From Dipteris shenzhenensis (Eukaryota): a stretch of 64,000 nt of DNA. A model generated the notes under the pieces. It was not told the origin of the DNA. It made no database searches and worked only from the letters and a program-made list of their open reading frames with translations. The stretch is from the NCBI GenBank assembly GCA_047967505.1, contig CM106538.1; one strand, given 5' to 3'. Each line of letters opens with the position of its first letter. The first letter of the stretch is position 1. The translations under genes and the position numbers were made by a program. Of the stretch, positions 14,332 through 28,917 are shown piece after piece.

Positions 14332-17019
14332 TTCCCCTTAGTTCTTTCAATTTTCCTATTTTCTCCTCTAACTAATCATTCATCTCTCTTTTTCCTAAAT
14401 TCCCTAAGTTGAACTCTCTCAAACTTCTTCTCTCCCTAGTTTCCCTCTCCCTCCCTATTTTTTCTTAAGTTTTGCTTTTCCTCTTTTTTCCTCCTTTTTC
14501 CCCTAATTTCTTTTATTTTATCTGAATTTCCTATTTTTTTCTAATTATTCCCTATTTCTTTCTATTTTTTCTTTTTATCTCTATTTTCTTCTAGATTTTT
14601 TCTATTTCTTTTGCTATTCTCCCAATTTCCCCCCTTTTTTCTTTAATTCTTATCCTAGTTTCCTATTTCCCCCTAGTTGTTCTCTATGTCTCCATATTAC
14701 TTTGTATTTTTTCTAATTCTTTCAAATCCTTTCTGTTTTCCCTAACGAGTAGCATGACCCATCTACGACGGACTAGAGACCCACTCCGTTGGATCTCAAG
14801 GTGGGATCTAAATTTTAATGAAATTAAATTTCAAATTTCAAGACCCCTCTATCTCTTCAATTTGTCAATTGAGAGTGTTGTGATTGTGCCATGAATTTAG
14901 TATCAATCTCATTGTGGTTCTACTTAGGAAATAGAGGAAGCAAAAATTTGAGTAGTTATTGCGACCTTTATTCCTCTCAAATGCTTGGAATATTATGTGT
15001 TATGTATCATGGTTTAGTAGACTTTTGAATGCCCCAAGTGGAAACCATGGGTTTCATGCAAGAAATTCATCATGTCTAGGGCAAAGCCATCAACACTCCA
15101 AAATGGAAATGTATTTAACACGTGTATGTGTTGATTATTTGGACATATGTGAGTGAGTGCATCCATGTATGTGTGTGTGTGGTGTGGCTATACATGTGTC
15201 TTTATGAATGTGCATGTCTATGTTTATGTATGTGCATATGTGTGTGTGCATGCGTGTGTACAATTGTGCATTTGTTTACATGCATGGGCAACTCTTGTTT
15301 CTCTCATTTTACAAAAATCTGGCAAACTTCTTGAGTTCCAAATTTTGCATCCTCCATCCTACTTGTGCAATTGATTTGTGGAGGAGAGACCTACCCTGAG
15401 CTGGAGCAACACCATGCAGGCCATGTTGTACCCCTAACCAATCAAGAGCTCCTCACCTAGATGCTTCCCATGTTCACCAAATGTGGCAACCTAGCCTCTG
15501 TATTGCATTCAATGCACATTGAGATACAAATCCTTTGTCCCTCATGACAATTTGTCTAGGTGCTTGTGGCTAAAGTTTCTTTTTGATTAAGTGCTTCTAC
15601 GCATGAGACCATGTTAATCACTATTGCAATGTCCAATCCCATTGTGACCACTGTACTAGACTATAGTAAGAAATCTCTCTTTCTCTCATGAAATTCATTG
15701 CCCACCAAAATAAAATTTTGAGCTCAGCACTTACATCACATTGCATAATGAGAGAGAAGAGAAAATCTAGGATGCACTGTTAGAGCAATGCAATTTTAAG
15801 AGCTTCAAAGAGCATTATTTTGTGGCAAAGGTCTCCAAAAGATCACACTTGCAAAGTTTGCATGTTTCATTGAAAAGACATAAAGTACTCACACCATAGA
15901 AACATTCACACACAATGGTTGTCCTCCTAAATAGCTAGTTATATAATTCAATAAATATGTAACTATCCATGTAGCAAAATGATCAATCAATACGATCTTC
16001 TTTGGCTATATCTCTATTGTGTCCATATCATAGAGTTAGAGCTTTCTTCAATTTCTTGGCTTGCCTTCCAACATTTGTCCCAAATCTAACATGGTATCAT
16101 TGCAACCTATTGATCCATGATGGTCCTCAACAATTTATTGCACATGCCCAAATGTTCATACTGGTGACCTTATGGCCTAAGCCCCAACTACCCCTATCGG
16201 ATTTATAGATCTCCATTCTTGCTTATCGATTTTTGCAAAAGGAATAAAAAAACTCTTTTCAAGGCCACCCCTACTCAAACTTGTCATAGTTTCTAGTTTT
16301 ACATAGGGTAGATGGGCTGGTAAAGGGGTGATCATGATTAGGGAGGAAAGTACCCCCCAATATTATCCACCTTAGGATTGTATATTGGTCATAGAGAAAT
16401 GATGAAAAGGTTGACATGTCAAGCTCTCCTTTTTGGAGAAATGATGCCTTTGTGTCTACTCTCAATTACCCAAGTACTCGCTCTCATGCCTTTAACAGGT
16501 TTCCATATCCATTTTACTTGGCGATACCATCATATATAAATTCTAAATTCATTAAGGCCACTGTCCTCCAGCTAATAGTGCTTAAAAGTGAGGCTAGGTT
16601 CCATAGTAATCTTGAACCTAAGATAGCCCAAATGGTCATAGTGGCAATGAAAATGTTGACATCAATGCCCATTGCTTATTGTTGTTTTTCCTTGTCAATG
16701 GCCTCTTCCAATATTTGATGTCATCTCGAGCCTTATTTAAGGCAACATGCAAATATGTTAGGACGTGTTCCAATCTGCACTTTATGGGCATTTGCTACAT
16801 GAATAATAGCAAAGTCAAACTCTTCTTGATGGACATGTGCTCACAATGTTACCCAGATGACCTCCATTATGCATATGTGCACAGTTCTCTACTACGACGC
16901 AAGACTCATGAAATGACATCTCCTTAATAAGCTCTAATGCCTCCCATCAACAGAGATTTCTCAAACCCTAGTTATGGCTACCTTTATATATACACATACA
17001 TATTTCTATCCTCCCCCCC

Positions 17020-17020
<1 letters not shown>

Positions 17021-17059
<39 letters not shown>

Positions 17060-17176
17060 TATTTATTTATTTATTTATTTATTTATATAATGTATACACC
17101 TTCTCCCTCTTACCACGTGGCTATCTCCCCCTCTCTCCCCCCATCTCTCTCTCTTTCTTCTCTCCCTCCCTCTCTG

Positions 17177-17221
<45 letters not shown>
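17021..17221 (+). repeat. Compound (CT)n/(TA)n/(TTTA)n microsatellite block
   Basis: Directly visible. Confidence 0.9.
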
Positions 17222-17224
<3 letters not shown>

Positions 17225-19118
17225 GGTCGCCCTGTAGGATGTGCTCTCCTGCCACTCTCCTCGCGTCTCTTATCTCATTGCGATGCCACATGTCCCTTGA
17301 TCCTGTGCCACACGCTCTAGCTTCTGACCTCTGCACTGTGCCACTGCCCTCGAGTTCTCGCGATGCAACATGTCCCCTCTTCCAGGCCTCTAGCTAGTCC
17401 CAGCCGCACATTTCACATACTGTGGCGATGCCACCTCAGCCACCATGCAGGAGTGTCTGCCTCAAATTTGTAGCAACCGTGGTGGTGGCGGCCCCCCTTT
17501 CTTGGGATCATCGGTATGATGCTGAACCCCAAAGCTTTCCTGCCTCCATGAACCTCCTGAGCACTCTTTCTCTTCCGGAGCCTCCACCAAACCTCCAAAG
17601 AGCTTCATCGAGCCTCAAAATGTCTCCACATGGCATAGATTTTGAAGGGGACGTGGATCCTCTCCTTAATAAAAATTATATATTCTTCCCAATTTTCTAA
17701 TTTTCCCTTCTTTGAAATTCCTTCTTTAAATTTATTTCTTTGAATTTCTTTAATTTTCTTCCTTAAAATTCTTAAAGATATTTCTTTAAATACCTTTGAA
17801 ATTCCTTTAAGCCTCTTTCTTATAAATTCTCCTTCCCTTATGCTCTAAATCTTAAAATTACATCTATTGCTCTAATCCTTAATTTCTCCCCTCCTCCTTT
17901 ACATTCACACACCTAAATACACTAAGTTTTTTCACCTTACATAACTATTTATTTAATTTTCCTTAAACTCACCCCAATTTTTTTAATACTTAAAGCATAA
18001 TATAAAAAATTAGCTTTATGAGTCTATAGCATGATCAACTATTTTTATTGTGATCCCAATAATAAGGGAGGGATATTTATAACACCTATCTTCCCAACTA
18101 AGTTAAAATATGGTTCTTATCATTTTTCTTGTTGGATGGTGGCAGGTATGTAGACTCCCTTCAATAAAAGTGATGCTTGCACCTGATGACTTATAAAAGC
18201 AAAACTTGTTTGTACACACACACACAAATTCTTGAGAGAAATAAAAGATGCTATCAACTATTCTCCTAGTGCCTCGGCATTCCTTTGAGTGGAATATTTC
18301 ATATCTGCGTCTATTGGGTTATCTCTCGCTATGGTGGGGGGTGTGGCTTTTGTGATTTGTGTATCGAGTGGGCCATATCAAGAGTGATAATTGACTTTGA
18401 TGGGCCCCTATGAAGATCAGATAAGTTGGAACTCCACCATGCATGCTCTGGTCATCTCTGCACTGTGTGTAGTCTCCGTGGCACTAGCTCCAATATATTA
18501 CTTCTACTAACCTTGAGAGAGCATAGTTCTCTCAAATTAGCAATATACAATTTGCCATTGTTGTTAAAGTCAACGAGTAGCTCATTACTCACTTTATGTT
18601 TTCCTTTCTAAAACTTTTGAATTTTAAAATCTTGAACAACCATACACTCCCCTTCTTAAATTAAGCATCATTTTGCCTCCATTTGAAATTCATCTCATTA
18701 GAAAAAGAACTTCAGCTTTTTCCCCCTTTACTATTGAGAGAAATGTTGAAGGTGGGAGAAGCGACAATGGAGGAAGGGATATGTACACTAGTCTCGTCAT
18801 GCAATATGAGTGCTTTTGGAATGCTAAAATATAATTTAAAAGGTTATCTACATAACCCTACTTAGGAACCCTATTAGACATTTGACACACTATCTTACAT
18901 TATAGAACACTCCCTATCCTACCACTCTCCATACACTTTGCCTCTTGCCATTTACATTGCTCCTATTATGTATATAGTGCAATTTACCTCCCCAAAACAC
19001 CCTCTTTAAAAAATGTTACAAATGATGTGGAGTGTTGAAGAAAAAGAGCAAAAACTACAAACTATGGTGTTGCAATGACAACATTTGCAAAAGTTGGCAT
19101 AAAACGTATCATCCATTA

Positions 19119-19560
19119 CCCCCCTCTTATGTTGCAAGAGGTTTTGGTAGACTCCGAATTGATTTTAAAAAATGAGAACTTGTAAAAGCTCAAGGGATTG
19201 GGAGAAATGTCTGCCACTTGTTCATTGGTGGGGAAATAAACCAAATCAGCTTCTCCAAAAGTTATGTTTTCTTAGATGATGATGCATTCTATGTGCTTGG
19301 TGTGAGCATGAAAGACAAGATTCTTAGCTAAATGTATGCTACTTGTATTGTTAGAATAATTGGGAGTTGGATCCCTTCAAGAGCCTTTGAAACCATATAG
19401 CCTCACAAGCTATATTTGTAGTGGCATCGTCTTAATACGATACTTAGCCTAGGCCACTCTAGATTGTTTCTTGCTTTGCCATAAACTAGCTTAGTTCCTT
19501 AATCTTCATGAGTTCGCTTATGATACACCCGTCGTAGTTCAAGATAGAGTAGAAATAGTT
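19119..19560 (-). pseudogene. Ty1/copia RNase H remnant with PPT
   Basis: Minus strand reads NNTSSIHLAKNLVFHAHTKHIE..ADLVYFPTNEQVADI. A G-rich PPT-like tract lies at 19119-19127. Confidence 0.8.
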
Positions 19561-20168
19561 ATCACCATAGTTAATAGACATTAGTTTGGGTTTCTCGTGC
19601 ATTTAACATCTCTCTCCCATAGTTCATGAGAAGCACAGGTTTAATGTAGGTGAATTGCAAAATTCAAAAATCATAGAAAGAGAAAGAGAAAGTTTGTAAC
19701 ACTTCTTCATTTTGCGTTTATAAAATCTCATGATGTATAAGGAAAAAATCATAGAGGCTTTCCTGTCTATAATAAAAGTTTGTGAATTTTATATACTATG
19801 GTAAGAGAATATGAAAAAATAAATACACACACACATGCATGCACGCACACGCACACAAAACACAGTAATAAATGTATAGGATATGATATATCTTGATTCA
19901 TATTTGTACTTTTAAACTTTCAAACATGGATGGTGGAACTTTAATCAATGTCATTTATGGAGCTCCCACACATTCCTATTCCTCCTCCATCCCCCTCGTG
20001 GCGTCAAGAGTTAGAATGTTATAGCCTCTATCTTTTGCTAATTTGTTAGCACTTCCTTGCAAGGCACCACTTTACTTAGACTTTTGCAAAAAAGTGTCCT
20101 CCTAATAGATATTGGACACCCATGCCTTGATTAACAACTTTCTATTCTAGTTTTTCACTCTTGCATAA

Positions 20169-20171
<3 letters not shown>

Positions 20172-20238
<67 letters not shown>
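20172..20238 (+). repeat. (CT)n microsatellite
   Basis: Directly visible. Confidence 0.95.
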
Positions 20239-20239
<1 letters not shown>

Positions 20240-20595
20240 TCTCATCACCATCATCCTCCTTTATCAATATACTCCAACACTCCATAAAAGCTAAAAAAGT
20301 AAAATAATGAAGGCACTACTATCGAGCGCATCATGTGTCTCTTTTTTTTCACTCACACCACAGCCCATACATTATGTGCTCTCTTTTTTTTTTCATTCGC
20401 ACCCTCCACATACACCCATGTATGCACACACATAGAGTTTGCACATCTCTTTGAATTTGCAAGTGGTTGCATTTTAGCATAAAAACTTTCCAATGGTTCT
20501 GCACGTGGGCTTCCATCACAACAAGGTAGTCATCCATCCATCTTGACATTGACCTAAGGCAGTGCTCATCATGAGGACTTGTACTCAATTGTTCA

Positions 20596-21493
20596 GGGTG
20601 TGATTTTTTGGTGAGCTTTTTGTCATGAGCTTTTTTTCAATTTTCATGAATATTGTGAGCTTTTCATTCACCTAAGAGAGAGAGAGTTGGAGGGGAGGTT
20701 TCATGGAGTGGGGTGGGTGGAAAGTTTGGGTTATGGTTGCAGTTAAGAGGAGAGAGGGGGGAGAGGGGAGATACAGGAAAAGGGGAGGGATGGTCGCATG
20801 GGTAAAGTGGCATGGAGAAGGGAGGGGAGGGGAGTTGGAACATATATTCATTATCATAGTTAGAGGGGGAATTTATAAGGTATGCAAAGAGGAGTGCAAG
20901 GAGGAGAGAGAGGATGAGGAATGTGAAACTTATGTTCATCTCCTAAATGTAAAGGGGAAGGGAGAGCATATGGGAAATTTGTTCATTTTCAAAGTGTATA
21001 ATTTGATAGATTTGACTTTATATTTGGATTCCTCGTCGAATTCCGGTCATTTTGAGTACTGCGCAGACTCAAAATAGGCCCAAAACAGGCCAAAATGACA
21101 AAAACACCATTTTTCCAATTTTTATCGGAATATGGTCATGTTGGTACTCAAAATGACCAGAATTCGACGAGGAATCCAAATATGAGGTCAAAAGTTTCAA
21201 ATTATACACTTTTAAAGTGAACATATCTCCCATAGTTCCTCCCTTCTACTTTGAACATGGACATATTTTCCATAATTTTTTGCCTCCTACTGCCACTCAT
21301 ATCCACCCCCCCCTTGTGCATAGTATACACTCTTCCACCCCTTCCACATGCTATGAAAATGAACATATCCTATATCCTCTCCCCCTCTTTCTAACCTCCC
21401 CAGCTTTCTTATAACAAAAACATGTATGGATTTCTAAAAAAAGCTCTCAAAAACAAAGGAAATGGTAAAAAAGCTCGCCAAAAGATTTTTCCC
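20596..21493. mobile_element. Non-autonomous Mutator-like foldback element (long inverted arms, 9-bp TSD)
   Basis: Starts GGG, ends CCC, and is flanked by AATTGTTCA at 20587-20595 and 21494-21502. Terminal arms (ttttggtgagcttttt / aaaaagctcgccaaaag) and inner arms 20991-21059 vs 21145-21213 are reverse complements. Confidence 0.85.
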
Positions 21494-21829
21494 AATTGTT
21501 CATCTCACCCCCAACTCTCGATCGACTTAGTCTTTGAAGTTTGTAGTTTAAAGCCGTGTACAATATGGATTAACATATTGGAATCTTATGGATTTTGTTT
21601 GAATTCTAGTTAGGCAAGCAAGCTAAGGGGAGCCTAGGGGGAAGTTTCTCACCTCTCCTTGAGCCACCTGTATCATTATCATGCCTTGGATTGATCGTAG
21701 GACTAGAGCATTGCTAGAACAAGGCGAATTATTTCACCGGGCCTGCCCTAAGTTTTTCTCAAATTTTGATGGAAGTACATGTATAAATAATTGAATGGTC
21801 ACTCCAGTAGGCAAAGTTTATTTCATAGA

Positions 21830-24800
21830 AATTTTTTTGTGATTGTGCATTAGTCCAAATGTGACCTAAAGTTGATCCATATATTGTTGTTGGAACATTG
21901 ATGTGTTGTTTCATTTGATGTTGTTCCATGAAGTTATTGAGTGTGGATAGTTCTTTTGTTTTATTTTGGTAGTTGATGTTAAAACCACCTAAAATATATG
22001 TTGTTGTATTTTATTCAATATTTTGGATTATTTTTTCAATGTTATTTAACAAGTTTATAATATTTGCGTTCGATTTTTAGCTTTAGTTTGTTATTGTAAT
22101 GTGTTGCGATTCCTGCACCCTTATTCTTGTAAATGCTAATGAAATCTTTAATTTTTTTATTGATTTGTTGGTTGTTATGTGTCTCTTAAATACATAGTAT
22201 TGTGGCTTCCATTAAGCTTTCTGTTTGTATAATATCATTTATGTGTGTATGAAATCCATTTGTGTTGAGCGATTGAATGTTTATATGTTTTAGTTTTAGG
22301 TCTGTGAAGTTTATTTGGTCAAACTTCCATTCTCTTTGGTTGTGTAATCTTTGAATTTTATCTAAGGCATTCTTGTCCACCTTGATGTGTTTGTTTTCTA
22401 GTTGGTTTATTATGTACATATTTTTCGGGTTTTTTATCCTTAAGAGTGCTATGTAAATAGGGCCATGTGAATTTATTTGCAATGGGTCAAATGCTAACGA
22501 ATTCATTGACAATCCTTGGGAACAATGTATTGTTCTTGCAGATGCTGGTTGAATAGAAAATTGTGTTCTTGTTATAGTGTTCAAGTAATTCTTTCCTACT
22601 TGGAATTCTCTTTGTATTTGTAGAATTGGTGTCTAGTTTTTAGGTATGTGTCCTTCATAAAATTGTTTGTTTTTGTAGCGTGTATTTTTCCCTGTGTTCT
22701 CATCTCTGAATTTTATCCAAGCAATGGGCGGCTCTTTTTCTATGTTTGAGTGCATAAATGTTGCATCTGCACCATTAACAATTCCATCCATGATGCCAAA
22801 ATTTCGTGAGCAAATCTCAATAATCATCCCTACTTCATTTAAGGGATAGTTTTGTATGCAAGCCTGTTGTAGACTTTGGGTCATTTGGTATTTGTATTTT
22901 CTTGCAACATGTTTTGTGCCCTTGCTTGAAGATGATATTCTTTTCCATCGAGTAATTGAAATACTTCATCGTTGTGTTTGTCTTTTAATGCATTTGTATA
23001 GAAAAGGTGAGGTATTGATTTTTCGTCTTGTGGTTTTCTTCCATACAATTTGTTAAGCTTTTGTATGTCCTCATTTGTGTGTTCTCCTACTCTTATTGAA
23101 TGCTCATCCATACAATGGCATGTCCCTACATCTATTTAATATTTGTAGAAAACATAGGTTATCTTGTCTCATTGGTTGTAATAATTCATAGTACTTTACA
23201 TATTCATTCCAGATTGGTGTTGTTGATGTGAATACTAAACTCTTTATAGAGAAGATCCAACTATCTTTAGTAGGACTTGCTTGGCATAGGTCTTCACAAA
23301 ATATGACATTAACTCCTCCAAATGGTTTTGAGTGGTTATGCTTTATTTCTCTCAATCGCATGTATATTGCTTGGAATGTATTTTGACCTACTAATGAAAT
23401 TTTGTCGATCACTAAAACCTCTACTTATGAGTATAGTGTTGCTAGTGCTTGTAGTTTCTTTGTTGTTAACGCCGTGTATGCTGAAGCTATTAGTGGTAAA
23501 TGCAATGCAGCGTGTATAGTTAGCCCACCTATGTTATATGTTGCTTTTCCAATATATGCTAGAATTAGTGCCCTTGGTTTCTCTGTCGTACTTGTATCCT
23601 TATGTGTATAGTGACGAAGTAGTGCTTGTACAAGAAGAAGCAATGTAAATGTTTTCCCTATTCTTGCGTTTCCAGATAGAAATAGAATTAATGTCTCCGA
23701 TGGTTTTAATCTTTTCTTTAGCATTATGTCATCTATAATTATGTGTTGTTCGTTACTAAGTTTTCGTAGCATTGAATGGTATTAATTGTTTGACATCCGT
23801 TCATATGTTTTTGGAGTATATGTTGTTGATGTTTTTGTTTTTGATGGTGTATTCATTTCTATTCCCAAGTCAAAATTTTGTTTGTTGTGCGTTGTATTTA
23901 TTGATTCATCAAAACTTGATGTTTCATCATTGTTGTTTTTTCCCTCAACTGGTATTATTATTTTGTTGAAGTGGGAGAAGTTAAAGTCAATTGTATCTTT
24001 ATTAGCGTAGTATAAGTCATGCCAAGTGTCAAATTTGTTTTCCAAACAGTGTTCTTTTTCAGTGAATGGTAAGTATAACAAGCTTAATTCTCTATAGTGG
24101 TTTTCTAGTTCCTTGTTTTTGTTGTAGTTGTTAAATCTTATTACGATTTTTTTTTCCTTGGTATTATATTGTTTCTTGTTCTTGTAAACGTTGCTGTGAA
24201 CTCTGCCAGGCATATGTTATTTAAGGTAGCAGGGCGATTCAGGTACTTTCTTATGCAATCATCGAAAAAAATATCTTTGCTCTAGGGATCGAGTTGTTGT
24301 AGTTGTGCTTTGCGTTTAAGTAAGTGGGTGCGATCCTCCTTTTCGCTTGTGTTAATGTAAGTGAATTCCCTTGTACTACTTGTTAGTGATAGTGATAGTG
24401 CTACATATACTGCTTGTTGTGAGCTTATGTGATGTGTATTTAGTATGGCATTTCCCATTTTGTGTACTCTCTCATTTGCTGATGTTCGTGCATCGATGCA
24501 CTGGTTCAACGCTTCATTGATAGCTTCAGTTGTTGCTTTGTCTGCCTTTGTCATGTACGAAGTACAGTATGCTGTTGCACCATGTGGATTAAGTACGAAT
24601 TAGATATCTATATTAGCACCCCATAACTTAGTAAGTTTAGGATTAAATTTGTTTGTATGAATGTCTTTTGGTTCTCTTCTTAGGAATATGGTTTTTGTAG
24701 TAATAGTAGATTGAAGAGCAAGTAGATATTCTTCGTCATTTAGTTTAATGCATTGTAGGAAACTATCAAAGTTTAAAGTATTTACATTATGATTTTCTAG

Positions 24801-27222
24801 CATGTTAAATATGTTTTGCATTGTGCTTGTGAGTTGCATTTTCTTCATCAATTTCCAACGGAGTTAGTAGTGTTTGCTGCATTGGTGGCCTTGGAAAACC
24901 AAATCAACATCGCTTTTTTCTCTTTATGCAAGTTCGTTGGTGTCCATGTTTTTGGATATCTAAATGGTCTTCATCCAACAAACTACTAGATTAGTCATAA
25001 TGTACATATCTACAAAGTTAACTAATTCATCATCTGTTGAGTCTTGGATCGAGGGTGCATCTTCAATCCATAATAATCCATGGTCATGTTGGCTTCCTCT
25101 ATTTTGAAACTATGTAACAAAGAAGTAATCGTTAACTTTGCCTACAATTGGTTTTTCTTTTACAAGAAGGTTCTTTAATGCTTGGAATTTATGAACATAA
25201 TAATAACGCGTTGTTGTTATCAGGTCTGACCTAATTAAGTCTCTAATTTTTGATGCAGTAGTTTCTATCTCGCATGTATCATCTCCATGTCAAAGGTAGC
25301 GTAGGCATTGTATTATTGGAGTCCATAGTTTTTCTGCTGGAGATAGAGTTACAAAAAAGGTTGGTGCTCCAAGTTGTCTCAACATTGCAAATACATTTTT
25401 CTTAAGCTTGTTTTTGTAGTCCATTTATGTTCTTAAAACAAACAAAATCCCTATATCCAATATTTGATTGTAGGAGATTTTCTATTTTGGTGTCAACTGC
25501 AACATCTTTTGCAAGTAATGTATGTCCCTTTAATTGTGCTTTATGCATTCTTACCCATGTTGATGATAGTATTTGTCTAACCATTATTTTCATTGCCTTA
25601 AAAAAAGGTTTTCAATGCAATATGCAAATCGTCTATCCCTATTTGATGTACATTAAGGAATATGATATTGCCTTGGATGGCCATAAAATATATTTGGAAA
25701 TGCTAGCTCCTCGCAGTTCTTATCCTTGAACATACTCAATGGAGACAAACCTTAAGAGGGAGCCACATTCATAGTTTTATCCTCATAGTTGACCACTTGT
25801 TGACTAGTGTATATTCCATGGACTAGTGTGCCAGTTTGTAATTCTTCATCAATTACGATGTGTATATTGTCTTCATTGCATGTGTTATTTCTTGCTAATT
25901 GTTCTTGCAATTGAGTAATGTGTTCCATCCATAGAGGATTTAGTTGCACATTGTTCTCTTTGTATAACGGTGACCTTAGTAGCTCCTATAGAGCACGCAT
26001 TGTTAACGTTGGTCGAACAGCGCCACTTATGTAACTATGACTATATTCTAATTTCCTCTTTAAAGCTACCATTATTGTTGCTGAATCAACAATAAATCTT
26101 GGAAGAAATCATTGAGCTCGATCAGTATCTGCAAATACATTTACCATGCTTCCTCTCATATTTAATTAACCCTCATAAGATAGCTCCCTTATTTGTGCAA
26201 ATGGTATGCATATTGAAATAAGCCTATTCTCAATTTGATTTAGTTTTGCAACATAGAATGTTTTAGATGGTAGGACCATGTTCTTAGTACAAAATGTTGG
26301 TAATTTTGACTTTTGTATTTGGTTGAGACACATTGAACACAAACAAGGATGTGTGAAATTTGTTGCTCTTGCAATGATGTCATGATTTTCTAGAAATGAT
26401 TGACTTTTTTTCGACATTACCTTTAGCTTCCTTAGAAATGTTAATGTGCCACAACATAAACATGCATATTTCGGTGAGTCATTGATCTTTATGTTGAATA
26501 AGTCTATTTTGCAATTTGAAGGCCTCTTTCTTTTGTTATGTGTTTTTGTTTTTTGAGGTTGGTTTAAATTTTGTAATGTTTGTAGCGTTGTTTGCATTAT
26601 ATATATTTTTTTCTTTGTTCCTTTCAGAGTGTGGTTTGCTTGTGCATTTATTTGTAAATACATTGTTGCAATTTCATTTGCTGTGTGTCATGGAAACATG
26701 TGTATGAGTTCAAGTAGTTTTTCCTCATCACTTTTACTCCATAATAGATATTTTCTTTTTGAAGAGTTTGCAAGTAGTGGTGATAAAGTTAGAGGGGTCT
26801 TTGTCTCATCTAGCAAAATGTCCTTGCGTTGTGTTGAGTGTAAAGAAATGTTTAGTTGTGGTTTCACCATTATAAAGAAGAACATTACATTCTAGTTTAA
26901 GATGTTTAGATAGGTGTGTTAGGCAATCATAAATCAAAAACCTAGAAGATGATGATGTACATACATAGCCTGCAATGTGTTCTTTAGTGAGATTACTTTC
27001 ATTTACTTTGTCTAAAATTTTAGGCAAGAGACACCAAGGGGACTTTTGGGTGTTTATTGAAGAAGTAATTGACATAAAAAGTATATCGAGTAGTTCATTA
27101 TATGTAATCTTTGGAAGAAGCTCCAAGAAGCAATTTATAATGTCCATGTTACTTGGGTAATGAATGTTGAATTCTTCCATCTTTGGAATGTCATATATGC
27201 TTTCATGTGTATTATGCTCCAT
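21830..27222 (-). pseudogene. Rep/PIF1 helicase/AP-endonuclease polyprotein of the Helentron-like element
   Basis: N-terminal Cys pairs (CLCC..CSMC). Rep motif 1 GAPTFFVTLSPAE (~25350), HUH motif FQNRGSQHDHGLLW (~25090), YCTSYMTK (~24560). Helicase GNARIGKTF, GLTIH, GIVNGA, ARTIHCSQG. C-terminal EEP-like SLNTNG..ILCI*ET..ILGGFNIN..STIYGSTLGHIW. Many stops and frameshifts. Confidence 0.88.
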
Positions 27223-27533
27223 TTTAAATACAACAACACTTTAAATAATACGCAATAAAACAAAGTATTGATTTAACACTACAGGGTATGTTTAGTAGGA
27301 ACTATATTTCTAGTAAAACGAGGTTATGAAACCCTCTTGATTACAAAGCAAGACCAAAATTGAGTTTTGTAAACCCCTTTGTTTCAAACCAAGAGTAAGA
27401 AATTTGACTGTGATTACAAGTAAAATGAGATTGTGCAGCACTCTTGATTACAAAGCAAGACCAAAATGGGTTTCGTGAACCCCTTTATTACAAACCAAGA
27501 CAGAGTAAAGCCAAACTAAAGACAACTCTTGCT

Positions 27534-28917
27534 TCACTCAGTATCAAAAGCTATCACATGCCCAAAGCTATTGATAGTAACATGTCCTATAGGCTTTAGC
27601 TCCAGAAGCATCGAGCGAACACGTGTGATGTTGTTGTCGTGTAGCACCAAGAAGGGAGTTTGTAGTGAAAGCACGCTATCAACGTGTGCACCAACGATCT
27701 GCACTGCTATATCAAAACCGTCCTCTAGAAGAATTCTACCCTTCAGAGATGGTGTAGCAATAGCAACATGCCCAACTCCACAAGTGAAACAATATGGACA
27801 TAGAGGATCATGACTAACTCTTGTTCCAGCGCAAGTTGAGCATTGATATTCCACCAAATCATCGTTGTTGAGAAAGGTGAAGTGAAGAACACCACGTACC
27901 TGTAACAAAAGTAATTAAGACATAAGAATTTGAGAGAAATGAACTAGCAAGAAATAGGTATAGGATTATTGAGATACCTTTCTGCCATATCCAGTTCAGA
28001 GACTTGAGTGATGAAGACTTGCTTTAGATCTTCTCTTTGGCTACCCTCAGGAACATCTCCAAGGATGGTAAAGTCATACACACATAGGCAATCGTGTGCA
28101 CGCATGTATGACACATTCGTATCCCATTCTCATGAAATTCTTGAACCAATTGTGTGTGGATAGTCCTTTGCTCATTCACAAAGGTTAACTATTGTCAGGT
28201 CTAAAAAGAATGCTAACTTAAATTTTAAAGGCAATTGAGATTTGCAAAATGACTTACTGTAGCTCTGTCTTCATTGCGAGGGCCATTAGCAATGATGAGT
28301 TGGTCATTCTTAGAGCACTTTGAATCGACCTTTATCACCACGAATGCAATTGTTCCAGCAACACCAAAGATGTTTCCAAGTCCAGCCTTTATAGTGCTTG
28401 AAGCCCAAGGAAAGTAGCATGCAATGGTGGTCTCAGGGAAAAAGCAAATGCAACCCTCAAAAGGATGACCTTCAGCAATTGCGATTGTGGCGTTCACATG
28501 TAGTGAAAAGCTAGAAGTCCCACCTTCTCCACTACCCTTAGGAACAACGGTAGAACCTTCTACACGATAAAATCCATCCACTTCTAAGTAGTTCCCATAT
28601 TGCTCAATAAAAGCATGCAAAACGACAATAGTGATTGTCTCACAATTCCGATGGTCACAAAAGTCAGCTCGAATACAAATAGAATAGTTGGGATTTCTAG
28701 CCTTATAAGTTCCGTATTTTGCTAACAGTTTCCTCTCAAAAGCAAAACGATGCTGAATGAACTCGGATAAAACATTGATGGCTAGTATGGCTAGAGAGTG
28801 GCTATGAATACTAGGATGCTGCCCAGCTACAAGAACAATTGCATGCAAGGCATAGTGTTTGCTATGGAGGGGAGGTGCATCGATGCGAGTTTTCTTTAAC
28901 GGTGGATTTGAATTCAC
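27534..28917 (-). CDS. RPA70-like multi-OB-fold ssDNA-binding protein (3 exons: ~28917-28258, 28200-27979, 27899-27534)
   Basis: DFCDHRNCETITIVVLHAFIEQYGNYLEVDGFYRVEGSTVVPK resembles the RPA1/DUF223 OB fold. The last exon has a CxxC..CxxCxxC zinc motif as in RPA70-C. GT-AG introns present. Intactness of the middle exon not established. Confidence 0.6.

Noticed and set aside
12800-18100. Possible gypsy LTR and pol remnants and many short ORFs
   Set aside because: Low-complexity and highly decayed; no paired LTRs, PBS or clear motifs could be fixed.
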